Assembly (NCBI RefSeq): GCF_000015585.1
Contig: NC_008789.1
Coordinates: 120,001 to 152,000 of the forward strand
DNA: 32,000 bases
Source of the DNA: Halorhodospira halophila SL1
GTDB lineage: Bacteria > Pseudomonadota > Gammaproteobacteria > Nitrococcales > Halorhodospiraceae
Direction: 5' to 3'
Shown here one piece after another: positions 14,898-24,978 of the stretch. A program made the translations under genes and the position numbers. The notes beneath the pieces are model-generated. The model was not told where the DNA came from and did not search any database. It worked only from the letters and a program-made list of their open reading frames with translations. Numbering within the stretch: the first letter of the stretch is position 1; every line of letters begins with the position of its first letter.

Positions 14898-17531
14898 ATG
14901 AGTGCATCCCGACCGCAGACCATCCGCCTGCGCGACTACCAGCCGCCAGCCTTCCTCGTCGAACGCATCCACCTCCGCGTCGACCTCAGCGGCGGCACCG
15001 CCCAGGTGGATGCCACTCTGGATCTGCACCGCAACCCGGCTGCCGACAACGACGCCCCCCTGCGCCTGGACGCCGAATTCCTGGATCTGGAGTCGCTGAC
15101 CCTGGACGGCGCCGAGCTGGAGCCGAGCACGCTGCGCGACGAACAGGGCACGATCGTCCTCCATGATGTCCCGCAGCGCTGTCGGGTGGAGTCGGTCAGC
15201 CGCTTCGACCCGGCAGCCAACACGGCCCTCTCCGGTCTGTATCGCTCCGGCGGTATGTTCTGCACCCAGTGCGAAGCGGAAGGGTTCCGTCGCATCACGC
15301 CCTACCCCGACCGCCCGGACGTGCTGGCCCCGTTCACCACCACGGTGGTCGCCGACCGCGCCACCTGTCCGGTACTGCTATCCAATGGGGATTGCATCGA
15401 CCGGGGTGCGCTCGACGCGGAGCGCCACTACGCCGTCTGGCACGACCCCTTCCCCAAGCCGTCGTACTTGTTCGCCCTGGTCGCCGGCGACCTGGCCTGT
15501 CAGGAGGCCACCTTCGTGACCGCCTCGGGACGCGAGGTCGCCCTGCACTTCTATGTCGAGCCCGAAAACGCCGGACGCACCGAGCACGCCTTGGCTGCCC
15601 TGCAGCGGGCCATGCGCTGGGACGAGACCCACTACGGCCTGGAGTACGACCTGGACACCTACATGGTCGTCGCCGTCGGCGACTTCAACATGGGCGCCAT
15701 GGAAAACAAGGGGCTGAATGTCTTCAACACGCAGTTCGTCCTGGCCAGCCCCGACACCGCCACCGACGCCGATTACGAGAACATCGAGGCGGTCATCGGC
15801 CACGAGTACTTCCACAATTGGACCGGCAACCGGGTCACTTGCCGCGACTGGTTCCAGCTCTCCCTCAAGGAGGGTCTGACCGTCTTCCGCGAGCACCAGT
15901 TCGCCGAGGCCATGGGCTCGGAGGCCGTCCAACGCATCGGCCAGGTCCGTCTGCTGCGCACGGCCCAGTTCCCCGAGGACGCTGGCCCCATGAGCCATCC
16001 GGTCCGCCCCGACTCCTACGTGGAGATCAACAACTTCTACACCGCAACCGTCTACGCCAAAGGCGCTGAAGTCATCCGCATGTACCACACGTTGCTCGGC
16101 GACGATGCCTTTCGACGCGGGGTCCAGCGCTACCTGCAACGCCACGACGGAGAGGCCGCCACCATCGAGGATTTCCTCGCCGCCATGGAGGAGGCCGGCG
16201 GGCTGGATCTGCAGCAATTCGCACTGTGGTACACCCAGGCGGGCACTCCGCGGATCGAGGTCGAAGACCACTACGACGCGGAGCACAACACCTACACCCT
16301 GATCTGCCGGCAGTCCCTGCCGGCCAGCCCCGGCCAGCCTCACAAGGATCCGATGCACATCCCGCTGGCCGTCGGGCTGCTCGGCCGAGACGGCAGACCG
16401 CTCGCCGCCCGTCGACCGGACGAGTCCACTGCCCACGCCCACACCCGCGTCCTCGAACTACGCGAGCCCGAGCAGCACTTTGTCTTTGAGCAGTGCCCGG
16501 AACGCCCCGTGCCCTCGCTGCTGCGGGGGTTCTCGGCACCGGTCAAGCTGCACTATCCGTACACCGATGACGACCTCGGCTTCCTGCTCGCCCACGACTC
16601 CGACCCATTCGCACGCTGGGAAGCGGGACAGCAACTGGCGCTGCGCGTCCTCCTCGATGAGGCGCAGGGCACCCCACGCCCGGACGGCATTGAACGGCTT
16701 GAGGAGGCGTTCCGCGCCTCTCTGGAAGCGCCCGACACCGACCCCGCCCTGGTCGCCGAAGCGCTGACCCTGCCCGGCGAGACCTACCTCGCCGAGCAGA
16801 TGGACGTCGTGGACCCCCAGGCGATCCACGACGCCCGCCAGCGGGTCCGGGCCATTCTGGGCGAGGCACTCGAGGGCCACTGGCTGATCCTGCACAGTCA
16901 GCACAGCGGCCCGTGGCACTACGAGCCCGATGAGGTCGCCCGGCGCCGCCTGCGCAACCTGGCCCTCGGCTACCTGAACGCCGGCTCGGAGCGCCACCTG
17001 AGCCGGGCACTCGAGCAACTCGAACGCAGCGACAATCTCACCGATCGACTCGCCGCGCTGGCGGTGCTCGCGGACAGTCCTCGGGCCGAGGCCGAGCAAG
17101 CGGTAGACGCCTTCTATCAGCGCTGGTCCGATGAACCGCTCGTAGTCGATAAGTGGTTCCGGACCCAGGCGCTGGCCGACCGGCCGGACACCGTTTACCG
17201 GGTCCATCAGCTCACCGAGCACCCGGACTTCACGCTGGACAACCCAAACCGGGCCCGCGCCCTACTGGGCGCGTTTGCCCAGGGCAACCCGGCCCACTTC
17301 CACAGCCCGGACGGCAGCGGTTATCGCCTCCTCGGCGAGCACGTCCTTCGCCTCGACCCGAACAACCCCCAGCTCGCCGCCCGGCTGCTGGCACCCCTGG
17401 CCCAGTGGCGCCGCTACAACGCGAGCCGTCGCCACGCCATGCGCGAGCAACTCGAACGGATCCTTGAGCGCGATGCGCTGTCGAAGGATGTGTACGAGGT
17501 CGCTTCCAAAAGCCTGGGGGCGATGAGCTAA
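14898..17531 (+). CDS. pepN: Aminopeptidase N
   Basis: GAMENKGLNVFN and HEYFHNWTGNRVT...LSLKEGLT (HExxH-18-E), with a PepN-type N-terminus MSASRPQTIRLRDYQPP. The 26 upstream codons of track ORF 14820 are discarded. Confidence 0.97.
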   Translation: MSASRPQTIRLRDYQPPAFLVERIHLRVDLSGGTAQVDATLDLHRNPAADNDAPLRLDAEFLDLESLTLDGAELEPSTLRDEQGTIVLHDVPQRCRVESVSRFDPAANTALSGLYRSGGMFCTQCEAEGFRRITPYPDRPDVLAPFTTTVVADRATCPVLLSNGDCIDRGALDAERHYAVWHDPFPKPSYLFALVAGDLACQEATFVTASGREVALHFYVEPENAGRTEHALAALQRAMRWDETHYGLEYDLDTYMVVAVGDFNMGAMENKGLNVFNTQFVLASPDTATDADYENIEAVIGHEYFHNWTGNRVTCRDWFQLSLKEGLTVFREHQFAEAMGSEAVQRIGQVRLLRTAQFPEDAGPMSHPVRPDSYVEINNFYTATVYAKGAEVIRMYHTLLGDDAFRRGVQRYLQRHDGEAATIEDFLAAMEEAGGLDLQQFALWYTQAGTPRIEVEDHYDAEHNTYTLICRQSLPASPGQPHKDPMHIPLAVGLLGRDGRPLAARRPDESTAHAHTRVLELREPEQHFVFEQCPERPVPSLLRGFSAPVKLHYPYTDDDLGFLLAHDSDPFARWEAGQQLALRVLLDEAQGTPRPDGIERLEEAFRASLEAPDTDPALVAEALTLPGETYLAEQMDVVDPQAIHDARQRVRAILGEALEGHWLILHSQHSGPWHYEPDEVARRRLRNLALGYLNAGSERHLSRALEQLERSDNLTDRLAALAVLADSPRAEAEQAVDAFYQRWSDEPLVVDKWFRTQALADRPDTVYRVHQLTEHPDFTLDNPNRARALLGAFAQGNPAHFHSPDGSGYRLLGEHVLRLDPNNPQLAARLLAPLAQWRRYNASRRHAMREQLERILERDALSKDVYEVASKSLGAMS

Positions 17532-17581
17532 AGTGAGGAAAGAGCCTCGCGTTAATCGAACACCTGTATTGGAGGCGCATT

Positions 17582-19702
17582 TTGGCCCGTAGTCACCTGT
17601 TGTGGACCCCCGTACTGGCTCTCGGCCTGGCCTTTTCCTCCGTGGCACCACTCCCCGGAGCGCCGGGTGCCGCCCCGGCGACCGCGGGTGAGAATGGCGC
17701 AGTACCCGGACAGACCGAATTCGAGAAGGCGCGCGTCGTCGGCGACCTGCTCCAGCGCTACCACTACGGTGGCCCCGAGTCCGACGAGCAGCTCATGGAG
17801 CAGGCCACCGAGACGTACCTCAAGCAGCTCGACCACGGCCGCTTCTTTCTTCTGAAGGAGGATGTCGAGGCGTTCCGCGAGCGCATGAGCGAGCTCGACC
17901 CCGGCCAGGGCGACGCAATCCTGGAGGCCGCCTACGACCTCCACGCCCGCTATCGCGACCGGGTCGCCGAGCAGACGGAATTCGCTCTGGCCCTTCTCGA
18001 GGAAGGGTTCGGCTTCGACGGCGAAGGCCGCTTCGAACAAGACCGCAGTGAAGCCGAATGGGCCGCCGACCGTGAGGCCCTCGACGAGCTCTGGCGGCAG
18101 CGCGTGACCCACGACGCACTGACCCTGGAGCTGGCCGAGCGCAGCACCGAGGAGATCCGCGACAACCTCGAACGGCGGTACACCACGCTGCGCGACCGGG
18201 CCGTGGACGCGGAAAACAAGGACATCATGGATCAGTTCCTCAGTGCCTGGGCGGCGGCCTACGACCCGCACAGCACCTTCCTCTCGCCGCAGCGCTCCGA
18301 GGAGTTCGACATGCAGATGTCGCTGCAGCTCGAGGGGATCGGGGCCAAGCTGACCATGGATCAGGACTTCACCGAGATCGTCGAACTCATCCCCGGCGGA
18401 CCTGCCGAGCAGTCCGGTGAATTGCGCGAGGGCGAGCGCATCATCGGCGTCGCCGACGGCGATGACGGGGAGATGAAAGACGTCGTCGGGTGGCGGCTGG
18501 ACGAGATCGTGGACATGATTCGCGGCCCGAAGGAGTCCGTGGTCCGACTCAACGTGCTGCCGCCCGCCGGCGCCAGCGAGAGTTCACCGCGGGAGGTACG
18601 CCTGGTCCGCAACAAGGTCGACCTGGAAGACCAGGCCGCCCGTAAGGAGGTCATCGAGAAGACCAACGCCGAGGGTGAGCAGAAGCGTATCGGCGTGATC
18701 ACGATCCCCAAGTTCTACCGCGACTTTGAGGCGGCCCACTCCGGGCAGGACGACTTCCGCAGCACCACGCGGGACGTCGAGCGCCTGCTCGGCGAACTGC
18801 TCGAGGACGGGGTCGACGGACTGCTGATTGACCTGCGCGGCAACTCCGGCGGGGCCCTGCGCGAGGCCACCGCCCTGACCGCCCTGTTCACCGGCGGCGG
18901 GCCGGCGGTGCAGGTCCGCGACTCCCGCGGCCACCCGGAGCAAGTCGGCGAGTCCAGCGGCGATCCGGCTTACGACGGCCCGTTGGGGGTGCTGGTGGAT
19001 CGACGCAGCGCATCGGCCTCCGAGATCTTCGCGGCCGCGATCAAGGATTACGGGCGCGGGATCGTGCTCGGCGATCAGACCTTCGGCAAGGGCACGGTGC
19101 AGCAGATGATCGGCCTGGACAATTACGCCATCCCCGGAGAGGAGCGTTCCGGTCAGCTCAAGCTGACCCTCGCCCAGTTCTACCGGGTGACCGGAGAGAG
19201 CACCCAGCTCGAGGGCGTAAAACCGGATATCCACCTGCCGTCTGAGTTCAGCCACGAGGAGTTCGGCGAACGGGCCACCCGGAATCCGCTGCCGGCCACC
19301 CAGATCGACGGGCTCGACATCACCGTTCAGTACGAGCTGGAGACCATCATCGACGAACTGGCCCGCCGGCACGAGGCACGGATGGAGGAGACCGAGACCT
19401 TCCGGGCCCTGGAGCGAAAATTGGAGGCCCAACGGGAGATCCGCGAGGACACCACGGTCGCCCTGAGCAAAACGACCCGGCAGGAGGAGCAGAAGGCCCG
19501 CGAGGAACGGCTGCTGGAGCTGCACAACGATCGGCGCCGAGCCCACGGCAAGGATCCGGTGGAGAGCTACGCCGACGTCGACGCCGATGACCTACCGGAC
19601 GCCCTGCTCGATGCCAGTGCGGCGATCATTGCCGACTTCGCACAGCTCCTGCGGGAGGCCGGCGACGAGGTACTCACCGCCGAGGCTCGCAAGGAAGGCT
19701 GA
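17582..19702 (+). CDS. prc: Carboxy-terminal processing (tail-specific) protease
   Basis: TTG start 6 nt after GGAGG, followed by a signal peptide. It has a PDZ region (LEGIGAKL...IPGGPAEQSG) and S41 motifs DLRGNSGGAL and SASASEIFAAAIKDYGRGIVLGDQTFGKGTVQ. Confidence 0.93.
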   Translation: MARSHLLWTPVLALGLAFSSVAPLPGAPGAAPATAGENGAVPGQTEFEKARVVGDLLQRYHYGGPESDEQLMEQATETYLKQLDHGRFFLLKEDVEAFRERMSELDPGQGDAILEAAYDLHARYRDRVAEQTEFALALLEEGFGFDGEGRFEQDRSEAEWAADREALDELWRQRVTHDALTLELAERSTEEIRDNLERRYTTLRDRAVDAENKDIMDQFLSAWAAAYDPHSTFLSPQRSEEFDMQMSLQLEGIGAKLTMDQDFTEIVELIPGGPAEQSGELREGERIIGVADGDDGEMKDVVGWRLDEIVDMIRGPKESVVRLNVLPPAGASESSPREVRLVRNKVDLEDQAARKEVIEKTNAEGEQKRIGVITIPKFYRDFEAAHSGQDDFRSTTRDVERLLGELLEDGVDGLLIDLRGNSGGALREATALTALFTGGGPAVQVRDSRGHPEQVGESSGDPAYDGPLGVLVDRRSASASEIFAAAIKDYGRGIVLGDQTFGKGTVQQMIGLDNYAIPGEERSGQLKLTLAQFYRVTGESTQLEGVKPDIHLPSEFSHEEFGERATRNPLPATQIDGLDITVQYELETIIDELARRHEARMEETETFRALERKLEAQREIREDTTVALSKTTRQEEQKAREERLLELHNDRRRAHGKDPVESYADVDADDLPDALLDASAAIIADFAQLLREAGDEVLTAEARKEG

Positions 19703-19713
19703 CGTCGCGTCGG

Positions 19714-19741
19714 GGTGGGGGCCGGCCATTTGGCCCCCACC
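19714..19741. terminator. 10-bp GC hairpin between convergent prc and recJ
   Basis: GGTGGGGGCC (19714..19723), loop GGCCATTT, GGCCCCCACC (19732..19741). There is no U-tract. Confidence 0.45.
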
Positions 19742-19744
19742 GGC

Positions 19745-21481
19745 TCATCCGGCGGCAGTGAGGTAGTCGATGCGTAGCTGCAGCTCGACACTCCCCCGGA
19801 ACCGGTTGACCTCGGGGCGGTAGATGGCATGAACCGCGCCCTGCAGCCGATCCCACCCCCGTTCGACGCCACCGAATGCGATAGCCGGGAAAACCGGACC
19901 GGTACCGTCTCCGTTGGAGAGCTCCAGGCGGAGGTGGCCACCGCGGAGTTCCTTGGCCCTCTCGATCCGGAACACCCCGTCGAAGCACGGCTCCGGGAAT
20001 CCCTGCCCCCACGGCCCGCCGTAGCGCAGGGCCCAGGCGGTCTCCAGATTGAGCTCCTCCGGCGCCAGGGCACCATCGGTCTCCAAGCGGAGCTTGGGCA
20101 ACTCGCCCCCCAAGGCGTCGTCGAGGGCGCCGGCGAAGGCACGGCGAAACGCATCCAGCTGCCCGGACTCGATGGTCAGCCCCGCGGCCATGGCGTGGCC
20201 GCCGAAACACTCGATCAGGCTCGGTGAACGCGCGTGGATGCGCGCCAGCAGGTCGCGCATGTGCAGCCCCGGCACCGACCGCGCGGAGCCCCGCAGCCTA
20301 CCCCCGTCGGCCGGGGCGAAGGCCACCGCCGGGCGGTGGTAGCGCTCCTTCAGCCGCGATGCCAGAATACCGGTGACACCCTGGTGCCAGCCCCGCGCGG
20401 CCACACAGACGCCGAGGCCCACGTCTTCTGCCTGCGCCTCCAGGCTGGCCAGGGCCTCTTCGGTCATCTGCGCCTCCACCTCGCGCCGCTGGCGATTGAG
20501 ACCATCCAGCCCCGCCGCCCGCTCACGGGCCCGCTGCGGATCCTCTTCGAGCAGGCAGTCGACCCCAGCCGTCATGTCGTCCATCCGCCCGGCGGCATTC
20601 AGGCGCGGTCCCACGGCGAAAGCGAGATCGGCAGCCGTCACCTCCGTGGGCTCCCGGCCGGCTACCTCCAACAGTGCGACAATGCCTGGGCGCACCACAC
20701 CGGCACGGATCCGCCGCAGCCCCTGCTCCACCAGGATGCGGTTGTTGTGATCGAGAGGCACCAGGTCGGCGACGGTCCCCACCGCCACGAGGTCGAGGAG
20801 CTCGAGCAGCGACGCCGTCTCTTCTCGGAGGCCGCCATCGGCCTCAAGGCCACGCCGCAGCGCCAGCGCCAGGTAGAACGCCACCCCGACCCCCGCCAGT
20901 GCGGTAGTCGGGAAGTGATCATCCTCGCGCAGGGGATCTACCACCGCCTCGGCTGCGGGCAGCGACTCCCCCGGCGCATGGTGGTCGGTGACCACGACAC
21001 CCATACCCGCCTGCCGCGCCGCTGCAACCCCTTCCACGCTGGTCACACCGTTGTCCACTGTCACCAGCCAATCCGGTTCCATCGGGCGCAGACGCTCGAC
21101 AACGGCCCCACTGAGGCCGTAGCCGAGGGAGAACCGGTCGGGTACAAAGGATTCGATTGCGGCTGGATCGCCGCCGGCGGCCTTCGCCAGCCGCCGGAGA
21201 GCCAGCACCATCAGCGCGGTGGCCGTGGCTCCATCGGCGTCGTAATCCCCGACCACGACGATCCGCTGCCCGGCGCGCAGGGCGGGTATCAGCGCGCGGA
21301 CTGCGCGATCCAGATCGGCCAGGCCACTCGGCGGTTGCAGCCGGCGCAGACTCAGATCGAGTTCCCCGGAATCGCGCAGCCCCCGCCGTTCATAGACACG
21401 CCGCAAAACGGGGTGCAGCCCCTCAACAGCGTCTTCCGGAAGTGCCGCACCCGCTGGACGCCGCCGGATGTGCTCAGGCAT
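19745..21481 (-). CDS. recJ: Single-stranded-DNA-specific exonuclease RecJ
   Basis: DHH-family motifs VVVGDYDADGATATAL and VVVTDHHAPG, plus a DHHA1 region GGHAMAAG, in a 578-aa protein. Confidence 0.97.
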   Translation of the reverse strand: MPEHIRRRPAGAALPEDAVEGLHPVLRRVYERRGLRDSGELDLSLRRLQPPSGLADLDRAVRALIPALRAGQRIVVVGDYDADGATATALMVLALRRLAKAAGGDPAAIESFVPDRFSLGYGLSGAVVERLRPMEPDWLVTVDNGVTSVEGVAAARQAGMGVVVTDHHAPGESLPAAEAVVDPLREDDHFPTTALAGVGVAFYLALALRRGLEADGGLREETASLLELLDLVAVGTVADLVPLDHNNRILVEQGLRRIRAGVVRPGIVALLEVAGREPTEVTAADLAFAVGPRLNAAGRMDDMTAGVDCLLEEDPQRARERAAGLDGLNRQRREVEAQMTEEALASLEAQAEDVGLGVCVAARGWHQGVTGILASRLKERYHRPAVAFAPADGGRLRGSARSVPGLHMRDLLARIHARSPSLIECFGGHAMAAGLTIESGQLDAFRRAFAGALDDALGGELPKLRLETDGALAPEELNLETAWALRYGGPWGQGFPEPCFDGVFRIERAKELRGGHLRLELSNGDGTGPVFPAIAFGGVERGWDRLQGAVHAIYRPEVNRFRGSVELQLRIDYLTAAG

Positions 21482-22475
21482 CCCCGCCGCGCTCCTCGAC
21501 CCAGGAGGCGATCGGCCGTGCCCGGCGCCAGAATCGCCGCAGCTCCCGTCGCCCCACGGTCACGCCGGGACGTCCGGGGCCGAAACACAGCTCCAGGGCA
21601 TCCCATCGCGCCCCCTGCGCCCCCGCCTCGCGCAAAGCAGTCAGCGCCGGCGCCGCAAACGCGCGCTCCACCGCAGCCACCGCATCGATCCAGGCCGCCC
21701 CGTCATCCACGGCGAGGGCCTGCTCCGCCCAGGGGACGGCGACCAGCGTGGCTGGTCCCGGGGGGATCGGGGTCGCCCCGGCCAGATCCCCCACCTCGGC
21801 GCCGGCGAGGACCCCCAGGCCGAGCCAGGCCGGGTCGTCACTGAACACGCGCTGCCAGGGGAAGGCGTCCGGAACCGTCGGACACCGGCCGCTCCCCCAG
21901 GCCCACAGGGCATTAATGGGCGGTTCCCCGCGGTCTTCGCGATCGCGATTGACCGGGTGATCGCACAGCGCCATCTCGACTTCGTTAAAGAGGGTCGCCC
22001 AGCTCAGGGCGTCGCGTCCGCGCGGCAGGTAGGCATCGATCGTGCGACCACCGACCTGCTCCGGCGCAGGGCGATCAGGCAGGGGGTCCCGGCTCTGCAG
22101 GTACCACCGTCCCGCCGATGTCCGATGGAGCTGCACGCCCCGACCGGCCAGCAGATCGGCCAGATCGGTCTCGAGCCGCGCCGCCTCGAACTCGTTCATG
22201 GCCACCGGCACCAGCCGCACCCCCGCCGCTTCGGGGCGCAGGTGGACGGGCTGGGCGCGGCTCCAGTAGTCGTCACAGCCCGGCTCGCCACCATCGGCCA
22301 GCCAGCCCAGGGCACCCGCCGCCTCGGGAACCGGCGACGGCTCCAGGGCAGCGTGGCGCCCCCGGGCGAGCCAGGTCTCCAGCGCCGGCTGGCGCGCCAG
22401 CACCCCGGCGGGCAGCCGCCCGGGCAATGGCCCAAGTAGCCCCGGTACCCGGAGACGTAGACGGAAGGTGCTCAA
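21474..22475 (-). CDS. Conserved hypothetical protein, possibly the RpfE-type family (sometimes annotated phosphoglycerate mutase-like)
   Basis: 333-aa ORF with GC3 bias. Its TTG start overlaps the thrC stop (TTGA), and its stop overlaps the recJ start by 8 nt. The segments LRVPGLLGP, WSRAQPVHL and NEVEMALCDHPVNRDREDRGEPPINALWAWGSG resemble, from memory, conserved blocks of a recJ-neighbouring family. The function is not established. Confidence 0.6.
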   Translation of the reverse strand: MSTFRLRLRVPGLLGPLPGRLPAGVLARQPALETWLARGRHAALEPSPVPEAAGALGWLADGGEPGCDDYWSRAQPVHLRPEAAGVRLVPVAMNEFEAARLETDLADLLAGRGVQLHRTSAGRWYLQSRDPLPDRPAPEQVGGRTIDAYLPRGRDALSWATLFNEVEMALCDHPVNRDREDRGEPPINALWAWGSGRCPTVPDAFPWQRVFSDDPAWLGLGVLAGAEVGDLAGATPIPPGPATLVAVPWAEQALAVDDGAAWIDAVAAVERAFAAPALTALREAGAQGARWDALELCFGPGRPGVTVGRRELRRFWRRARPIASWVEERGGDA

Positions 22476-23620
22476 AGCCGCTTCAGGATGGCCTCGCGAA
22501 CCGCCTGGTAGTCGGCATCCACGGTCTGAACCGCATCGCCGGCCTGGGCGCTCGCCACATCCGGATCCTTGAGGCCGTGGCCGGTCAGGGTGCAGACCAC
22601 CGTACTGCCTTCGGGGATGCGGCCGCTGCGGATATCCCGCATGGCCCCCGCTACCGAGGTCGCCGATGCGGGCTCGCAGAAGACCCCCTCGTGATCGGCG
22701 AGCATGCGCTGGGCCTGGAGGATCTCCTCGTCGCTCAGCTCATCGAACCACCCCCCGGACTCCTCGCGGACGGCCTGGGCGTAGTCCCACGACTGCGGAT
22801 CACCGATGCGGATGGCGGTCGCCACCGTCTCCGGCTCGGCCACCGGGCCGCCCCGCAGGAACGGCGCGCTGCCGCTGGCCTGGTAGCCCACCATGCGCGG
22901 GCGCCGCTCCACCAGCGCCGAGGCGTACCGGCACTGCCCCCCGCAGAAGGCGCAGGCCGCCGTCAGCTGTTCGTCGCCCGTGCGGCCGGCGCACTCGCTA
23001 TAGCCGATCCAGTGGGCGGTGATGTTGCCGGCGTTGCCCACCGGCAGGCAGTGATAATCCGGCGCCCGCTCGAGCTCCTCGATGATCTCGAAGGCGGCGG
23101 TCTTCTGCCCCTGCAGGCGGTACGGATTGATGGAGTTGACGATCGTCAGGGGCGCGTGCTCGGCCAGCTCCTTGACCAGCCGCATGCCGGCGTCGAAATT
23201 GCCGCGGATCTGCAGCACCTGAGCGCCGTGCATGATCGCCTGAGCCAGTTTGCCCATGGCAATCTTGCCATCGGGAATGAGCACGAAGCAGCTAATCCCG
23301 GCGCGGGCTGCATAGGCGGCCGCCGAAGCGGAGGTGTTGCCGGTCGAGGCACAGATGATCGCCTTGGCGCCCTGCTCGACGGCCTTGGTGACCGCCATGG
23401 TCATGCCCCGATCCTTGAACGACCCCGTCGGGTTGAGTCCCTCGAACTTGACGTAGAGATCCACGTCCCGTCCGAGCTCCGCCGGGATGCGGGTCAGCTG
23501 GATCAGCGGCGTATTCCCCTCACCCAGCCCGAGGATGCGCGCGTCGTCGCTGATCGGCAGCCGGTCCAGGTACTTGGCGATCAGTCCGGTGTAACGGGGT
23601 CGGAAGGGCATGCTCGTCAC
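22472..23620 (-). CDS. thrC: Threonine synthase
   Basis: GEGNTPLIQL and FEGLNPTGSFKDRGMT (PLP lysine), of the short Bacillus-type ThrC. The GTG at 23620 overlaps the hom stop (GTGA); an alternative ATG lies at 23611. Confidence 0.95.
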   Translation of the reverse strand: MTSMPFRPRYTGLIAKYLDRLPISDDARILGLGEGNTPLIQLTRIPAELGRDVDLYVKFEGLNPTGSFKDRGMTMAVTKAVEQGAKAIICASTGNTSASAAAYAARAGISCFVLIPDGKIAMGKLAQAIMHGAQVLQIRGNFDAGMRLVKELAEHAPLTIVNSINPYRLQGQKTAAFEIIEELERAPDYHCLPVGNAGNITAHWIGYSECAGRTGDEQLTAACAFCGGQCRYASALVERRPRMVGYQASGSAPFLRGGPVAEPETVATAIRIGDPQSWDYAQAVREESGGWFDELSDEEILQAQRMLADHEGVFCEPASATSVAGAMRDIRSGRIPEGSTVVCTLTGHGLKDPDVASAQAGDAVQTVDADYQAVREAILKRL

Positions 23621-24927
23621 TCCAGGCTCTCGACGCGGATGCGCACGACACGGCCATCAACCTGCTCCAGGTGCTCCAGGCGCTCGATGGCCGCATCCAT
23701 ATGCCGCTCGTGGATTCGGTGGGTCAGCAGGATGATCGGGACGTGTTCGGCCCCCGCCTGCGGCTGTTTCTGGATAATGGCCTCGATAGAGATCCCGAAA
23801 TCCCCCAACACACGAGTGACATCCGCCAGCACACCGGGCTCGTCCCTGGCCGAGAGCCGCAGGTAGTAGGCGGTCTCGACATCGCGCATGGGCAGCACCG
23901 GCTCCCGAGAGAGGGACTCCGTGTGGAAGGCCAGATACGGCACCCGGTTTTCCGGCTCGAGGTTGAACTCGCGGACCACATCGATCATGTCGGCCACCAC
24001 CGCCGAGGCGGTCGGCTCGGCGCCGGCCCCGGCGCCGTAGTAGAGCGTCGGGCCGACCGCGTCCCCCTTGACCATGACGGCGTTCATCACCCCGTCCACG
24101 TTGGCCAGCATGTGCCGCCGCGGCAGCAGGGTCGGGTGGACCCGCAGTGCGTACCCCCCTTCCTCGTGGAAGGCCATCCCCAGGTGCTTGATGCGGAAGC
24201 CCAGCTCTTCGGCGAAGGCGACATCCTCGCGGGTGATGTGGTCAATCCCCTCGACGTAGACCTTGTCGTACTGCAGCGGGATCCCGAAGGCGATGGAGGC
24301 CAGGATGGTGAGCTTATGGGCGGCGTCGGTGCCGTCCACATCGAAGCTCGGATCCGCCTCCGCGTAGCCCAGGCGTTGCGCCTCGGCGAGCACATCACCG
24401 AACTGCCGCCCCTCGTAGAACATCTCGGTGAGGATGTAGTTCGAGGTGCCGTTGATGATCCCCGCCAGCCACTCGATGCGATTACCGGTTAAGGCCTCGC
24501 GGACCGCCTTGATGATCGGGATGCCGCCGGCAACGGCCGCCTCGAAGGCGACGGTGACACCATTCTCACGTGCGCGGGCGAAGATCTCGTTCCCGTGGGA
24601 GGCGATCAGCGCCTTGTTGGCCGTGATGACGTGCTTGCCGTTATCCAGGGCCCGCAGCACCAGCTCCCGAGCCGGCTCGTGGCCGCCGATAAGCTCGGCG
24701 ATGATCTCCACCTCGGGGTCATCGACCACCTCGAAGGGATCGGTGGTCAGGCGAATCCCCTCCAGCCGACAGCTGCGCGGCCGCTCCGGGTGGCGCGCCG
24801 AGGCGTGGGTAACGCGGATCTCACGCCCGGCGCGCCGGTTGATCACATCGGCGTTGCGCTCGAGGATATTGACCACGCCCGAACCCACGGTGCCGAGGCC
24901 GAGCATCCCCACATTAACCGGTTTCAA
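23617..24927 (-). CDS. hom: Homoserine dehydrogenase
   Basis: MKPVNVGMLGLGTVGSGV (NAD-binding), with catalytic and C-terminal ACT regions. The TTG start is preceded by GGAGGTGA. Confidence 0.96.
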   Translation of the reverse strand: MKPVNVGMLGLGTVGSGVVNILERNADVINRRAGREIRVTHASARHPERPRSCRLEGIRLTTDPFEVVDDPEVEIIAELIGGHEPARELVLRALDNGKHVITANKALIASHGNEIFARARENGVTVAFEAAVAGGIPIIKAVREALTGNRIEWLAGIINGTSNYILTEMFYEGRQFGDVLAEAQRLGYAEADPSFDVDGTDAAHKLTILASIAFGIPLQYDKVYVEGIDHITREDVAFAEELGFRIKHLGMAFHEEGGYALRVHPTLLPRRHMLANVDGVMNAVMVKGDAVGPTLYYGAGAGAEPTASAVVADMIDVVREFNLEPENRVPYLAFHTESLSREPVLPMRDVETAYYLRLSARDEPGVLADVTRVLGDFGISIEAIIQKQPQAGAEHVPIILLTHRIHERHMDAAIERLEHLEQVDGRVVRIRVESLE

Positions 24928-24978
24928 TCCTCACCTCCGAATCTGAACGGTTCCAGCCCGCTGCCGCAGGGCGCGGGC

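Noticed and set aside
15378-16442. 354-aa ORF antisense to pepN
   Set aside because: A shadow ORF opposite the PepN catalytic domain (GAMEN/HExxH).
20234-21844. 536-aa ORF on the plus strand opposite recJ
   Set aside because: It is entirely antisense to a confidently identified RecJ and its neighbour. The translation is Arg/Pro/Gly-rich low complexity (…RRRGPPGRARPGRH) with no recognisable motif. This is the typical high-GC shadow ORF.
22118-23866. 582-aa ORF antisense to thrC/hom
   Set aside because: Same reasoning: it overlaps strongly conserved ThrC and Hom coding sequence, is Arg/Pro/Ala-rich, and has no motifs or SD.
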